From Bacteroidales bacterium (GTDB taxonomy: Bacteria > Bacteroidota > Bacteroidia > Bacteroidales > P3), in the NCBI GenBank assembly GCA_017962665.1, contig JAGCUU010000001.1, positions 245-64,244 on the forward strand: a stretch of 64,000 bases of DNA. Reading direction: 5' to 3'. A model generated the notes under the pieces. It was not told the DNA's origin, did no database searches, and saw only the letters and a list, made by a program, of their open reading frames with translations. Numbering within the stretch: the stretch's first letter is position 1; each line of letters starts with the position of its first letter. The position numbers were made by a program, and so were the translations under genes. Of this stretch, positions 17,548 through 26,997 are shown in pieces.

Positions 17548-18924
17548 TTGGACAATCCTCTTTTCAACCATCACAAACCATTGAGAACCAAAGTATACAT
17601 AGAAACTTACGGCTGCCAGATGAACTTCGCTGACAGCGAAATTGTCGGTGCAATCCTCACAAAGGAGGGTTATACCCTCTGCAAAGAGTGCGGAGAGGCC
17701 GACTATATACTAATCAACACCTGTGCCATTCGCGACAATGCGGAACAGCGTATACGCAAACGCCTAAAGGAACTCAAATCCCTGCAACGCCAACGTGCAT
17801 GGGTTCGCATAGGTATCCTTGGTTGTATGGCAGAACGGCTGAAACAGAAACTCATGGACGAGGAGGAGAATGTGAGTTTTATTGTCGGACCTGACGCCTA
17901 CCGCCAACTACCATACATGCTGGAACATATCCACGACGGAGAAAAGCTGGCCGAAACACTGCTCAGCGACAGCGAAACATACGCCGACATCGACCCTGTA
18001 CGTTACGACACCAACGGCATTTCCGCCTACATAAGTATTATGCGCGGATGCCAGAACTATTGCGCCTACTGCGTGGTACCTTACACACGCGGACGCGAAC
18101 GAAGCCGCGACCCACAGTCCATCGTACGCGAAGCCCGCGAGCTCTTCGAGAAAGGCTACCGTGAGGTTACTCTTCTGGGCCAGAACGTCAACAGCTACAG
18201 ATGGAATGTTGACACAGAAAGCCACAAAGCCGAAGTAGGTTTTCCTCAACTCATGGAAATGGTCGCAACAATCAGCCCCCTGCTCCGCGTCCGATTCGCG
18301 ACGTCGCATCCTAAAGACCTCAGCGACGAACTGCTTCAAGTGATGGCTCGCCACGACAATATCTGCAAATGCATACACCTCCCCGTACAGTCTGGCAGCG
18401 AACGCATCCTTAAACTTATGAATCGCCGCTACACACCGCAATGGTACCTTGACCGCATCGACGCCATACGGCACTATCTGCCCACATGCAGCATCACCAC
18501 CGACGTCATTGCCGGATTTTGTACAGAAACAGAAAAAGACCACACTGAAACCCTGAACATGTTCCGACGCGTACGCTATGACTACGCCTATATGTTCAAA
18601 TTCTCTATGCGTCCCGATACATACGCAGCCAAACATTTGCAAGACGACGTGCCCGACGATATCAAGACAAGAAGATTGGAAGAGATTATTGCCCTGCAGG
18701 GACAAATTGCTCTGGAAAACAACCAGAGAGAGATTGGAAAAGAGTACGAGGTTCTTATTGAGGGAGTATCGCACCGATCCGACAAACAGCTTTTCGGCCG
18801 CAACAGCCAGAACAAAGTCATAGTCTTCGACCGCGGAAATCTGAAACCCGGCCAATATGCCAAAGTGCGTGTGCTGCGATGCACGGCAGCAACCCTGATA
18901 GGCGAAGTCATTGAAAATAGATAG
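17548..18924 (+). CDS. miaB: tRNA-2-methylthio-N6-dimethylallyladenosine synthase MiaB (radical SAM methylthiotransferase)
   Basis: YIETYGCQMN (UPF0004 domain), radical-SAM CQNYCAYC, and a TRAM-like C-terminus. There is no in-frame ATG before the conserved block. Candidate starts are the TTG at 17548 and the TTG at 17581. Confidence 0.9.
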   Translation: MDNPLFNHHKPLRTKVYIETYGCQMNFADSEIVGAILTKEGYTLCKECGEADYILINTCAIRDNAEQRIRKRLKELKSLQRQRAWVRIGILGCMAERLKQKLMDEEENVSFIVGPDAYRQLPYMLEHIHDGEKLAETLLSDSETYADIDPVRYDTNGISAYISIMRGCQNYCAYCVVPYTRGRERSRDPQSIVREARELFEKGYREVTLLGQNVNSYRWNVDTESHKAEVGFPQLMEMVATISPLLRVRFATSHPKDLSDELLQVMARHDNICKCIHLPVQSGSERILKLMNRRYTPQWYLDRIDAIRHYLPTCSITTDVIAGFCTETEKDHTETLNMFRRVRYDYAYMFKFSMRPDTYAAKHLQDDVPDDIKTRRLEEIIALQGQIALENNQREIGKEYEVLIEGVSHRSDKQLFGRNSQNKVIVFDRGNLKPGQYAKVRVLRCTAATLIGEVIENR

Positions 18925-18948
18925 TTTTTCTCAATTATACCACAACCC

Positions 18949-19833
18949 ATGAGCAAACAAGGTTTTTTAAACAAGCACAAATGGATCATACATGCACTGA
19001 TATCTATCGCAGCATCCTTTATCATCGTCGTCATAACTTTCATTGTTCTTAAACACTATGGACGTGTCGGACAAGAATACAAGACACCGTATGTTGTGGG
19101 CATGTATTTCGATGATTTAGACAGCATAGCCAACGAAGAACTAAATCTGCAATGGGTTATCATCGACTCCGTGTACAAGCAAGGACAAAAGGGAGGCTAT
19201 ATCTTACGACAGGATCCCGACTCAGGAGCAATGATCAAGACCGGGCGCAAGATATACCTAACCGTCACATCCTATGTCCCCGACAACGCAATAGTGCCGG
19301 ATTTGCGCTCGCTGAGTGTGCGTCATGCCATATCGCAACTTGAGAATGTCGGTCTACACGGAGGACGCTTGACATTTGTCGACAATCCACACCATGTCGT
19401 TCTCGAACAGAAGTTCAGAGGCCGCACCGTTGCCCCTGGGCGCAGACTCGACAAAGGCGCCATGGTTGATCTTGTGGTTGGCAACGGGAACGGCAAGGCA
19501 GAGTCAATAGTGCCTTATCTGGTTGGCATGTCTCCAAGCAAGGCACGCAGCGTCATCCTTTCGGCATCACTCAACGTGGGTGCAGAACACTACGAAGAAA
19601 TTACAGACATGAGCCATGCCATAGTCTATAAACAATCACCAGAATACAGTGGCCGTTCCGGCGCCAGTTTTGGAAGCTATGTCGAACTATGGTATTGCGA
19701 CAAGTCTGTAGTCGCCATGGAAGAACTCGAACGAATGAAAAAGAAACAATTAGAGGATTCAATTCGTGCTCTTTATGAACCTGTAGACGACGAGGAAAAC
19801 TCGTACCACGAAACTAATTTAAAAGATTTTTGA
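18949..19833 (+). CDS. PASTA domain-containing membrane-anchored protein
   Basis: N-terminal TM segment, then repeated VPDL/VPYL..G.S...A...L...GL PASTA-like units. Confidence 0.7.
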   Translation: MSKQGFLNKHKWIIHALISIAASFIIVVITFIVLKHYGRVGQEYKTPYVVGMYFDDLDSIANEELNLQWVIIDSVYKQGQKGGYILRQDPDSGAMIKTGRKIYLTVTSYVPDNAIVPDLRSLSVRHAISQLENVGLHGGRLTFVDNPHHVVLEQKFRGRTVAPGRRLDKGAMVDLVVGNGNGKAESIVPYLVGMSPSKARSVILSASLNVGAEHYEEITDMSHAIVYKQSPEYSGRSGASFGSYVELWYCDKSVVAMEELERMKKKQLEDSIRALYEPVDDEENSYHETNLKDF

Positions 19834-19839
19834 TAAGCG

Positions 19840-21768
19840 ATGACAAAGCTTAGCAATAATATAGTGTCAAGACTTTCCCTTGTCGCCCTGCTTTGCATCG
19901 CGACAGCGGTACCCTCCCGCCTTGAAAGTCAGGAGATACTTGCACCACTCTCCTCATCGTCCCGCATCATAACTCACAAATCTTCCGATACGCTGATTCT
20001 TGAGCTGCCATTCTTTGACGATTTCGCAGAATATGAGGGTGCGCCAGACAGAAAGAGATGGCTTACCTTCCAGGCATTTGTCAACAAAAGCTACGCACCA
20101 CAAGCACCTACGGTAGGCATAGTAACCCTTGACGCTCTCAATGAATACGGAGATCTGTATCCGCAAGCCTCTACAAACCTCTTCATGGCAGACACTCTGG
20201 CTTCACAAATCATCAGACTCGACTCGCTAACAGGCACCTACCAACGCAAACTGAACCCTTCCGACTCCATTTACTTCAGTTTTTTCTATCTGCCTGGAGG
20301 ATGGTATGGCAATGCATGGGAACTGATTGGCGATGCACCTTCAACCCAGGACTCCCTTTTCCTTGAATTCTACAACGGGGAGGAATGGAACAAAGTCTGG
20401 GCTACCGGTGGTTTCAACGCCGACACCACCGGCATACAAAGCCACTGGCCATGGCGGTTCGTAAATATAAAGATAGACGACCCGATTTACTTTAACAAGT
20501 CTTTCCAGTTCCGTTTCCGCAACTACGCCAGTCTTGACTCAAACCCCAAAAGCGGTATCGCCGGAAACTGCGACCAATGGAACATAGACTACATCTATAT
20601 AGACCTAAACCGCACCGCCTCGGACTCTATCTTCCGCGATGTAGCCTTTGCCGAAAAAGCGCCCTCCATGCTCAAGGATTACCAGTCCATGCCTGCACGT
20701 CAGTATCAGCCTTCCGATATGGCTTCCGAACTGCAAATGTCGATAGTAAACCGATACAACCAGACACTTGCCTCTACATACAGCTACACCATCCTGGACG
20801 AGAGTGGAACAAACATTGCAAGCTATGACGGTGGATATGAGAACATACCCGCCTTCTTCCCGAATGGAAACTACCAAACCATGCCGGTTCATAGCAGTCC
20901 TCCTGTCAACTTTTCCTTCCCCGCCTCCGACAACCAATCCGAATACAAGATTATTCATGTGGTCCGCGAAGGTGTGAGCGGAGACAATCGTAGTGGAAAC
21001 GACACCGTTGTCTTCACCCAGCGTTTTTCAGACTACTACGCTTTAGATGACGGCACACCGGAAAACGGCTATGGGCTTACCTCTTCAGGCAACCATCTCT
21101 GGATGGCATGCAGATATGACCTGCGACAATCGGACACACTCACTGCCTTGGACCTATTCTTTAACCGCACCCGAAACGGCGAAAATGAAGATATACAGTT
21201 CAGAATATGCGTTTGGAATTGCCTAAATGGCAAACCTTCCAACCAACTTTACAGCGATGCCACCAGAAACACCCCCGAATTCGATGGCATGAACCGTTTT
21301 CACCGCTATCGACTAACGACACCTATCGTTGTCAGCGATACCGTTTTCATCGGTATTGAACAGTTTTCCAACAGCTTCATCAATATCGGATTTGACCGCA
21401 ATAACGATGCTCGCAGCCATACCTACTACCGCACCGGCAACGAATGGTTGCAAAGCATTTTGAGCGGAGCAATAATGATGCGTCCCGCCTTTGGTGTTTC
21501 AGCTCTGGTATCCTTAGAGCCAATAGACGCGACATCACCAGATTTCACGCTTTATCCTAATCCCGCCAACAGTTATGTGAATATCGGATTTGCAAAAGGC
21601 AAGCCTTCGACCATAGAGCTGTTCGATATCCGCGGACACAAAATATGGCAAAAAGAATTCTCATCGACTATCTGTCTTGACGGACTCTCAGCGGGGATAT
21701 ACCTTATACGCATAACAGATACTGCCACTGGCATAAAGGCAACAAAGAAACTTATTATCAGCCGATGA
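19840..21768 (+). CDS. T9SS C-terminal sorting domain-containing secreted protein (function unknown)
   Basis: Signal-like N-terminus. The C-terminus FTLYPNPANSYVNIGF...LSAGIYLIRITDTATGIKATKKLIISR is a type-A T9SS CTD. Its stop overlaps the rluD start (ATGA). Confidence 0.75.
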   Translation: MTKLSNNIVSRLSLVALLCIATAVPSRLESQEILAPLSSSSRIITHKSSDTLILELPFFDDFAEYEGAPDRKRWLTFQAFVNKSYAPQAPTVGIVTLDALNEYGDLYPQASTNLFMADTLASQIIRLDSLTGTYQRKLNPSDSIYFSFFYLPGGWYGNAWELIGDAPSTQDSLFLEFYNGEEWNKVWATGGFNADTTGIQSHWPWRFVNIKIDDPIYFNKSFQFRFRNYASLDSNPKSGIAGNCDQWNIDYIYIDLNRTASDSIFRDVAFAEKAPSMLKDYQSMPARQYQPSDMASELQMSIVNRYNQTLASTYSYTILDESGTNIASYDGGYENIPAFFPNGNYQTMPVHSSPPVNFSFPASDNQSEYKIIHVVREGVSGDNRSGNDTVVFTQRFSDYYALDDGTPENGYGLTSSGNHLWMACRYDLRQSDTLTALDLFFNRTRNGENEDIQFRICVWNCLNGKPSNQLYSDATRNTPEFDGMNRFHRYRLTTPIVVSDTVFIGIEQFSNSFINIGFDRNNDARSHTYYRTGNEWLQSILSGAIMMRPAFGVSALVSLEPIDATSPDFTLYPNPANSYVNIGFAKGKPSTIELFDIRGHKIWQKEFSSTICLDGLSAGIYLIRITDTATGIKATKKLIISR

Positions 21769-22805
21769 ACACAGAGAACGAAGAAAGCCAAGAGCTGGAG
21801 CTCTACGAAAACCATCGTTTTACCGTAGACAAAGGCCAAGAGATGATGCGCATGGACAAATACCTTCAGATGCGTATCGAAGGGGTGTCTCGCACCAAAA
21901 TACAAGCTGCTGCCAAAGCCAAATGCATCCTTGTCAATTCGAAACCGGAAAAATCGAGCTACAAGATAAAGCCTCTTGATGTCATCAGTGTCCTGCTCCC
22001 CACACCGCCACGAGAGATCGAGATTACTCCGGAGAACATTCCGTTCACCATCGTATATGAAGATGACGACGTACTTGTGGTCGACAAGCAGGCAGGCCTC
22101 GTTGTTCATCCAGGGTACGGCAACTTTAACGGCACACTGCTCAACGCACTGGCCTACTATTTTGACGGCAAGAAAGGCAAAGACGGCAATCCCGTCACGC
22201 CTTATCTCGTTCACCGCATAGACAAAGACACTTCTGGATTGCTACTTATAGCCAAGAACGAGGAGGCTCAGGTCTTTTTGGCAAAACAGTTTTTCGACCA
22301 TACCATAGAACGCAAATATAAAGCATTGGTGTGGGGTGACTTCCCCGAAGAGAAAGGTACCGTCGACGGCAATCTGGCACGCTCTGTCAAAGACCGCCGT
22401 GTTATGGCGGTATACAACGATCCTGAGATCGGAAAACATGCAGTGACCCACTGGAACGTTGTGGAACGCTTTGGATATGTCACTCTCATAGAATGCATTC
22501 TCGAAACCGGACGCACTCACCAAATTCGCGCCCACATGAAACATATAGGCCATCCCCTATTCAACGACGCCGCCTATGGTGGTGACCAGATTCTGAAAGG
22601 CACCACTTTCTCCAAGTACAGACAATTCGTAAACAACTGTTTCCAGCTGATGCCACGTCAGGCTCTCCACGCTTTCATTCTCGGCTTCGAACACCCCTCG
22701 AACCATAAGCAGATGCATTTCGAATCAGCCATGCCGGACGATTTCGCTGCAGTCCTTGACAAATGGCGACGCTACTCGGTTTCCGCGAAAGAAGACTTGG
22801 AATAA
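21765..22805 (+). CDS. rluD: RluA-family 23S rRNA pseudouridine synthase (RluD-like, with S4 domain)
   Basis: Catalytic block HRIDKDTSGLLLIAK and motif GRTHQIRAH. Confidence 0.85.
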   Translation: MNTENEESQELELYENHRFTVDKGQEMMRMDKYLQMRIEGVSRTKIQAAAKAKCILVNSKPEKSSYKIKPLDVISVLLPTPPREIEITPENIPFTIVYEDDDVLVVDKQAGLVVHPGYGNFNGTLLNALAYYFDGKKGKDGNPVTPYLVHRIDKDTSGLLLIAKNEEAQVFLAKQFFDHTIERKYKALVWGDFPEEKGTVDGNLARSVKDRRVMAVYNDPEIGKHAVTHWNVVERFGYVTLIECILETGRTHQIRAHMKHIGHPLFNDAAYGGDQILKGTTFSKYRQFVNNCFQLMPRQALHAFILGFEHPSNHKQMHFESAMPDDFAAVLDKWRRYSVSAKEDLE

Positions 22806-22818
22806 TAGGAGTATCTCT

Positions 22819-23340
22819 TTACAGCCGTATCATCAATCCCACCCCTCCTGTCGAGGAGAAACCTTGACAGAATGTAACTGTATATTCTCCAAAAACATTC
22901 AGATGACGCGTAATTTGCTGATTATAACCTATACCGCCACGCAGGAAAGCTGACAAAACATCTGATCCATTGACCCCCATAGCTATACCGGCACCAAACA
23001 ATGGGTAAATGTTTCCCGGGCTGCTATAGCCGTTAATTGCATTTATTAAATTGTACTTAATATCAAATCCGGCCAGACCACGACGGTCGTAACCGTCTCC
23101 CGAAAAAAAGCCTGGAACTATAGCATACAGACGATATGCAAGACTGCTTGTTATCTGACAATCCAAAAGCACACTCATACCGACACTGCTTGCCTTTCTA
23201 AAATCACCTATACCGCCTTTATCCATCTGCCAGTCATACAAAAATGAGAAGCCTATATACGCACTCCTCGGTTGGGAATATGCATTCGTCGCCATCCCCA
23301 AAATACATACAAAAAATATATAAAGAAACACCTTTCGCAT
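22819..23340 (-). CDS. Small outer-membrane beta-barrel protein (OmpW/OmpX-size), last gene of the por operon
   Basis: The ATG at 23340 gives signal peptide MRKVFLYIFFVCILGMATNAYSQ. The protein has an alternating aromatic/Gly-rich beta pattern and a terminal aromatic-hydrophobic tail. It starts 11 nt after the stop of the upstream PorN paralogue. Confidence 0.6.
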   Translation of the reverse strand: MRKVFLYIFFVCILGMATNAYSQPRSAYIGFSFLYDWQMDKGGIGDFRKASSVGMSVLLDCQITSSLAYRLYAIVPGFFSGDGYDRRGLAGFDIKYNLINAINGYSSPGNIYPLFGAGIAMGVNGSDVLSAFLRGGIGYNQQITRHLNVFGEYTVTFCQGFSSTGGVGLMIRL

Positions 23341-23351
23341 AAAAAACAAAT

Positions 23352-24221
23352 TTAGTACTCCCACATATCTTGACTGATATCCAACAGTTCTGATTCTATC
23401 CGCTCCGACTCCCATATCGCCTCCTGTCCGGTAAGGTAATCAAGTATTGTACGGTTGTAGACATTAGAAATTCGAGTGATGAAACTATTGAACATCCTGT
23501 TAACGAAGATATATTCCCATGTAGGCTGATGTGCTATGTTCTGCTGCCATGTAGCCTCGTTACGCACCAATAAACGACGTACATGCGGCGACAACATAGG
23601 AATCCAAAATAGTTCCACAGTACCCAAATAATCGTAATCACCATCGTGCTCCTTGTAATGTTCCTTTGTCAGACATAGCGAGAGGATTCGGACATTCTGT
23701 TCCGTAACCTGCTTGTCTATATACCACGCCTCCTTGATACGCAACTGAAGCATCTCCTCCGAGTTGAACTCCTTAGGGACTAGAACGGTCTTATACTCAT
23801 AGTTTTCATCGTCATCGACAATTTCCAGAACTATCGTGTCCGGCTTCTGGAACTGAGCCAAAAACAATTCCCTGTCAAGAGGTATCTTCAGTTCGTCATC
23901 CGAATATATCTCGGGAATGTCACCCGAAACGACAGCATCCCAGATAAGATAGGCAAAATTGCGTCTGCCGGCAAAGCCTTCCCGTTCTATGGGAAAATAA
24001 AAAAAATGGTTGAATTTTTCGCGGAAATCAATAGTACGCCACACCGTTTGCTCCCACACCACATCGCTCTCCCTAATGAACGGCATTGCTGAAGCCTCCC
24101 TTTCCTGTGCAGTGTGACGCTCATAGTAATATTCAGCCCCTCCCTCTATAGTCTGTGCCGGGAGCATGGCTGGAATGAGCATAAACAGTAACGCAATATG
24201 GTGTTTTATTAGGCTGAACAT
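23352..24221 (-). CDS. Second, diverged PorN/GldN-family T9SS protein
   Basis: Shares these blocks with the adjacent PorN: RESDVVWE..VWRTIDFREKFN.FFYFP, IKEAWYIDKQ, VRILSLC, LFWIPM, YLTG..AI.ES and the C-terminal DMWEY. The ATG at 24221 is preferred to the TTG at 24248. Confidence 0.8.
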   Translation of the reverse strand: MFSLIKHHIALLFMLIPAMLPAQTIEGGAEYYYERHTAQEREASAMPFIRESDVVWEQTVWRTIDFREKFNHFFYFPIEREGFAGRRNFAYLIWDAVVSGDIPEIYSDDELKIPLDRELFLAQFQKPDTIVLEIVDDDENYEYKTVLVPKEFNSEEMLQLRIKEAWYIDKQVTEQNVRILSLCLTKEHYKEHDGDYDYLGTVELFWIPMLSPHVRRLLVRNEATWQQNIAHQPTWEYIFVNRMFNSFITRISNVYNRTILDYLTGQEAIWESERIESELLDISQDMWEY

Positions 24222-24350
24222 TGAAATAATCCCGTGATACAATAACAAAGAGAGTTAAGAATCGCAACAATCCTTAACTCTCCTTCATATTGACCTATTT
24301 GAAATTGTTGCCAGTCGAACTAAAAAATCCAACTATCAACTTTCAACATT

Positions 24351-25238
24351 TTAATATTCCCACATATCAGACTCAATGTTCCAAATCTCGTCCTCGATAG
24401 CCTGCGACTCAAGGATAGCGTCGGTACCGGTGAGGTAAGCCGAGATAGGACGGTTCATAACATTGCTCTCACGATAGCAGAAACTGTCGAAATAGCGATC
24501 GATGAAGATATCGTCGTAAGAACGCTCAGCATGGGAATTACGCTCGTCATAGACAAGATTTTTAACCAAGACATTACGAACACGCATATCGTTCATAGGA
24601 ATCCAGAAGAGAGGTGTAGGATCGCATGTGCGCTCATTATCGTCACGAGTCTTGCATCTGTTGTAGACAACGCAGAGCGAGAGGATGCGTACCTTCTGAC
24701 GGGTATCCTGTTTGTCGATATACCAGGCTTCCTTGAGATAGACGGAATACACGTTTTCTGGTTCAAACTCCTCGGTGGTAAGAACATAATGACCGCCAAT
24801 TTCATCGTCGTATTCATCATATTCAGGCACATACACAGAGTCTACCCTGAGAAGTGATGCCATAAGTTCCTGATAGGTTTTTACCTTGACCATGTCATCG
24901 GTCTCATAAGCCGTAATCTGCTCCTTTTCGAGAGCTTTCATTATAACGTTTACGAGATTGACACGTCCTTGAGTATCCTTGCTGGGATCTGTCGGGAAAT
25001 AGAAGAACTGGTTGAATTTCTCGCGGAAATCAATTGTTCTCCACACCAGATGTTCCCAGACAACATCCGACTCACGAAGGTATGCATAAGGTATGGCTTC
25101 GCGGCCCTGAACCTGGTCTTTCTTGTAAAAATCGTTGTAATTATGGTCACCCTCGTCGTCAATAATGCTCTGTGCATAGGAGACACTGAGCCCACTGGCA
25201 AAGATGAACATTCCTAAAAAAAACAACAGTTTCTTCAT
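24351..25238 (-). CDS. porN: T9SS periplasmic ring protein PorN/GldN
   Basis: Position after porM, a signal peptide, and GldN-family conserved blocks (see the paralogue entry). Confidence 0.85.
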   Translation of the reverse strand: MKKLLFFLGMFIFASGLSVSYAQSIIDDEGDHNYNDFYKKDQVQGREAIPYAYLRESDVVWEHLVWRTIDFREKFNQFFYFPTDPSKDTQGRVNLVNVIMKALEKEQITAYETDDMVKVKTYQELMASLLRVDSVYVPEYDEYDDEIGGHYVLTTEEFEPENVYSVYLKEAWYIDKQDTRQKVRILSLCVVYNRCKTRDDNERTCDPTPLFWIPMNDMRVRNVLVKNLVYDERNSHAERSYDDIFIDRYFDSFCYRESNVMNRPISAYLTGTDAILESQAIEDEIWNIESDMWEY

Positions 25239-25258
25239 TGTATTATGTTTTTATAAGA

Positions 25259-26917
25259 TTATTTCAGTCTGATACCCATCGAAAGCGTATGTGTCTGTCC
25301 GTCAGGAGTGTTAACCTTCACACCCTCAATATAGAACTTCTGACCTCTTCTAAGGTTGTTGAGACGTGCTTTCATTTCGGGATTCAACTCATTGCCGCCA
25401 CCCTGAATGTCAAGACCGCCGCTCGATGAGAAATAGAACGAATTGATTTTCGGTGCAGGAATCTGGAAGTCAAAGTCCTCAAGAACCGCACGGAGTTTCG
25501 GGTTGGCAAGAATTTCCTGTTTAGTTGCGTTGTCGTTATTCTTGAAGCTACCGAGTTTAAGCACTGGTGCAGGAATACGTTTGATACGATATTCTTTCTC
25601 ACCCATATCCTTAACCTGTCCGTCAATCTTGGCAGTAACTTTGATACGCATCTTACCGATCTTGGTAGGCTTGATAATATAGTTGCCATCACCCTGTGAA
25701 CGTGTAATAGTACCATTGCCCGTAGTGATAGTGGCAGTGACATCTTTGGAAGCCACGCCAGGGACACCTATTGAAACAGGATTCTCAATACCTGCATAGA
25801 CTACATTCATCTTGGACAGCTCGATAACAGCCACAGGAGCAGCCACAAAATAGCTTTCATCAAAAGGATAAGCCTCCTCGACACCATCCTTGACCATATA
25901 GACAGTACCGTGAATCTTTTTCTCGCCGGGAGCACCAGCGCCAGCAGTATAGGTAATCGAACCGTCGACACCACTCTTGTATTCGGTTCCGTTGATGATA
26001 GCACGGAACTCACGCTTGGAGTCGTAAGCACCGACGTTGACTTTCATCTCATATTTGCCGCCTTGGACAACATAACTTGACTTGGGACGGCAGATAGCTG
26101 TTACCTGGTCGAACTTGAAGTCCTCCTTGCCTATCAAGCCAAAGAGTTTCTTGATGGCGTCATACTCAGCATTCATCAATTCAGATTTCATACGTGAGAG
26201 ACAGACCATATCGGCTATAGCGATAGCATCACGGAAATTGTATTCCTCCCATTTGAGGTTTTTCTTTTCGTGAGAACTCCAGAACTCACCCTCCACATTC
26301 ATACCGAAATTGACATCAACGGTATCGCGTGTGATATTGGTGTCCTGGAAGATGGCATTGACTTTTTCCTTGTAGGCAATAATAGCGTTTTTGATATCTA
26401 TTGCCCTACCGTTGGGATTGTCGCCCTTACCATAGAAGAAACGGGTACCGATATCGTTGCCGTCCTTCTTGTCAATAACCTCAAGGCCACCGATCTCGAG
26501 AGCCTCTTTGGCATTTTCAAGAATGTTTTTGTCTCCGTTTCTCAATTCAATAGTGCGGTCTTTTTCTCCGTTATGACCTTTTATTTTAGCTTTCGACTGC
26601 AGTAGGCAGAGGAATTCATATCTTGAGTTGTCAATCAAGTTCTTTACCGAATCGGTATATTCCCTGATCTTCAATGCTGCATCAAAATAGACTATAGTTT
26701 TCACCGAGTCAGCCTGCAGCGCTTGGTCGAACATGTCGTATGCTTCTTTAAGCTGTGCCTCAATATTTGTGTTGGACTTGTCCATAGCATCGCCCACCGT
26801 AACGAAACCGTTGAGAATCTCGACGGAGACGTTCAGTGCCAGAAGGGCGGTGTACACGAGGTACATCATTGCAATCATTTTTTGCCTCGGGGTTTCCGGG
26901 CAGTTTGTTGCACCCAT
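25259..26917 (-). CDS. porM: T9SS motor/periplasmic shaft protein PorM/GldM
   Basis: N-terminus PRQKMIAMMYLVYTALLALNVS (single TM), about 550 aa, positioned between porL and porN. Confidence 0.85.
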   Translation of the reverse strand: MGATNCPETPRQKMIAMMYLVYTALLALNVSVEILNGFVTVGDAMDKSNTNIEAQLKEAYDMFDQALQADSVKTIVYFDAALKIREYTDSVKNLIDNSRYEFLCLLQSKAKIKGHNGEKDRTIELRNGDKNILENAKEALEIGGLEVIDKKDGNDIGTRFFYGKGDNPNGRAIDIKNAIIAYKEKVNAIFQDTNITRDTVDVNFGMNVEGEFWSSHEKKNLKWEEYNFRDAIAIADMVCLSRMKSELMNAEYDAIKKLFGLIGKEDFKFDQVTAICRPKSSYVVQGGKYEMKVNVGAYDSKREFRAIINGTEYKSGVDGSITYTAGAGAPGEKKIHGTVYMVKDGVEEAYPFDESYFVAAPVAVIELSKMNVVYAGIENPVSIGVPGVASKDVTATITTGNGTITRSQGDGNYIIKPTKIGKMRIKVTAKIDGQVKDMGEKEYRIKRIPAPVLKLGSFKNNDNATKQEILANPKLRAVLEDFDFQIPAPKINSFYFSSSGGLDIQGGGNELNPEMKARLNNLRRGQKFYIEGVKVNTPDGQTHTLSMGIRLK

Positions 26918-26997
26918 ATTCTATCCTATTGTTATTAATTCTACCATCAATGAATTACATTTAAGCCGCAAGACTTAAAGCTTGCGCGCCGTTACTT

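Noticed and set aside
17908-18855. 315-aa ORF antisense to miaB
   Set aside because: It lies entirely inside a confidently identified gene on the opposite strand. Its composition is low-complexity (V/A/F-rich), typical of stop-poor antisense frames, and I see no motifs.
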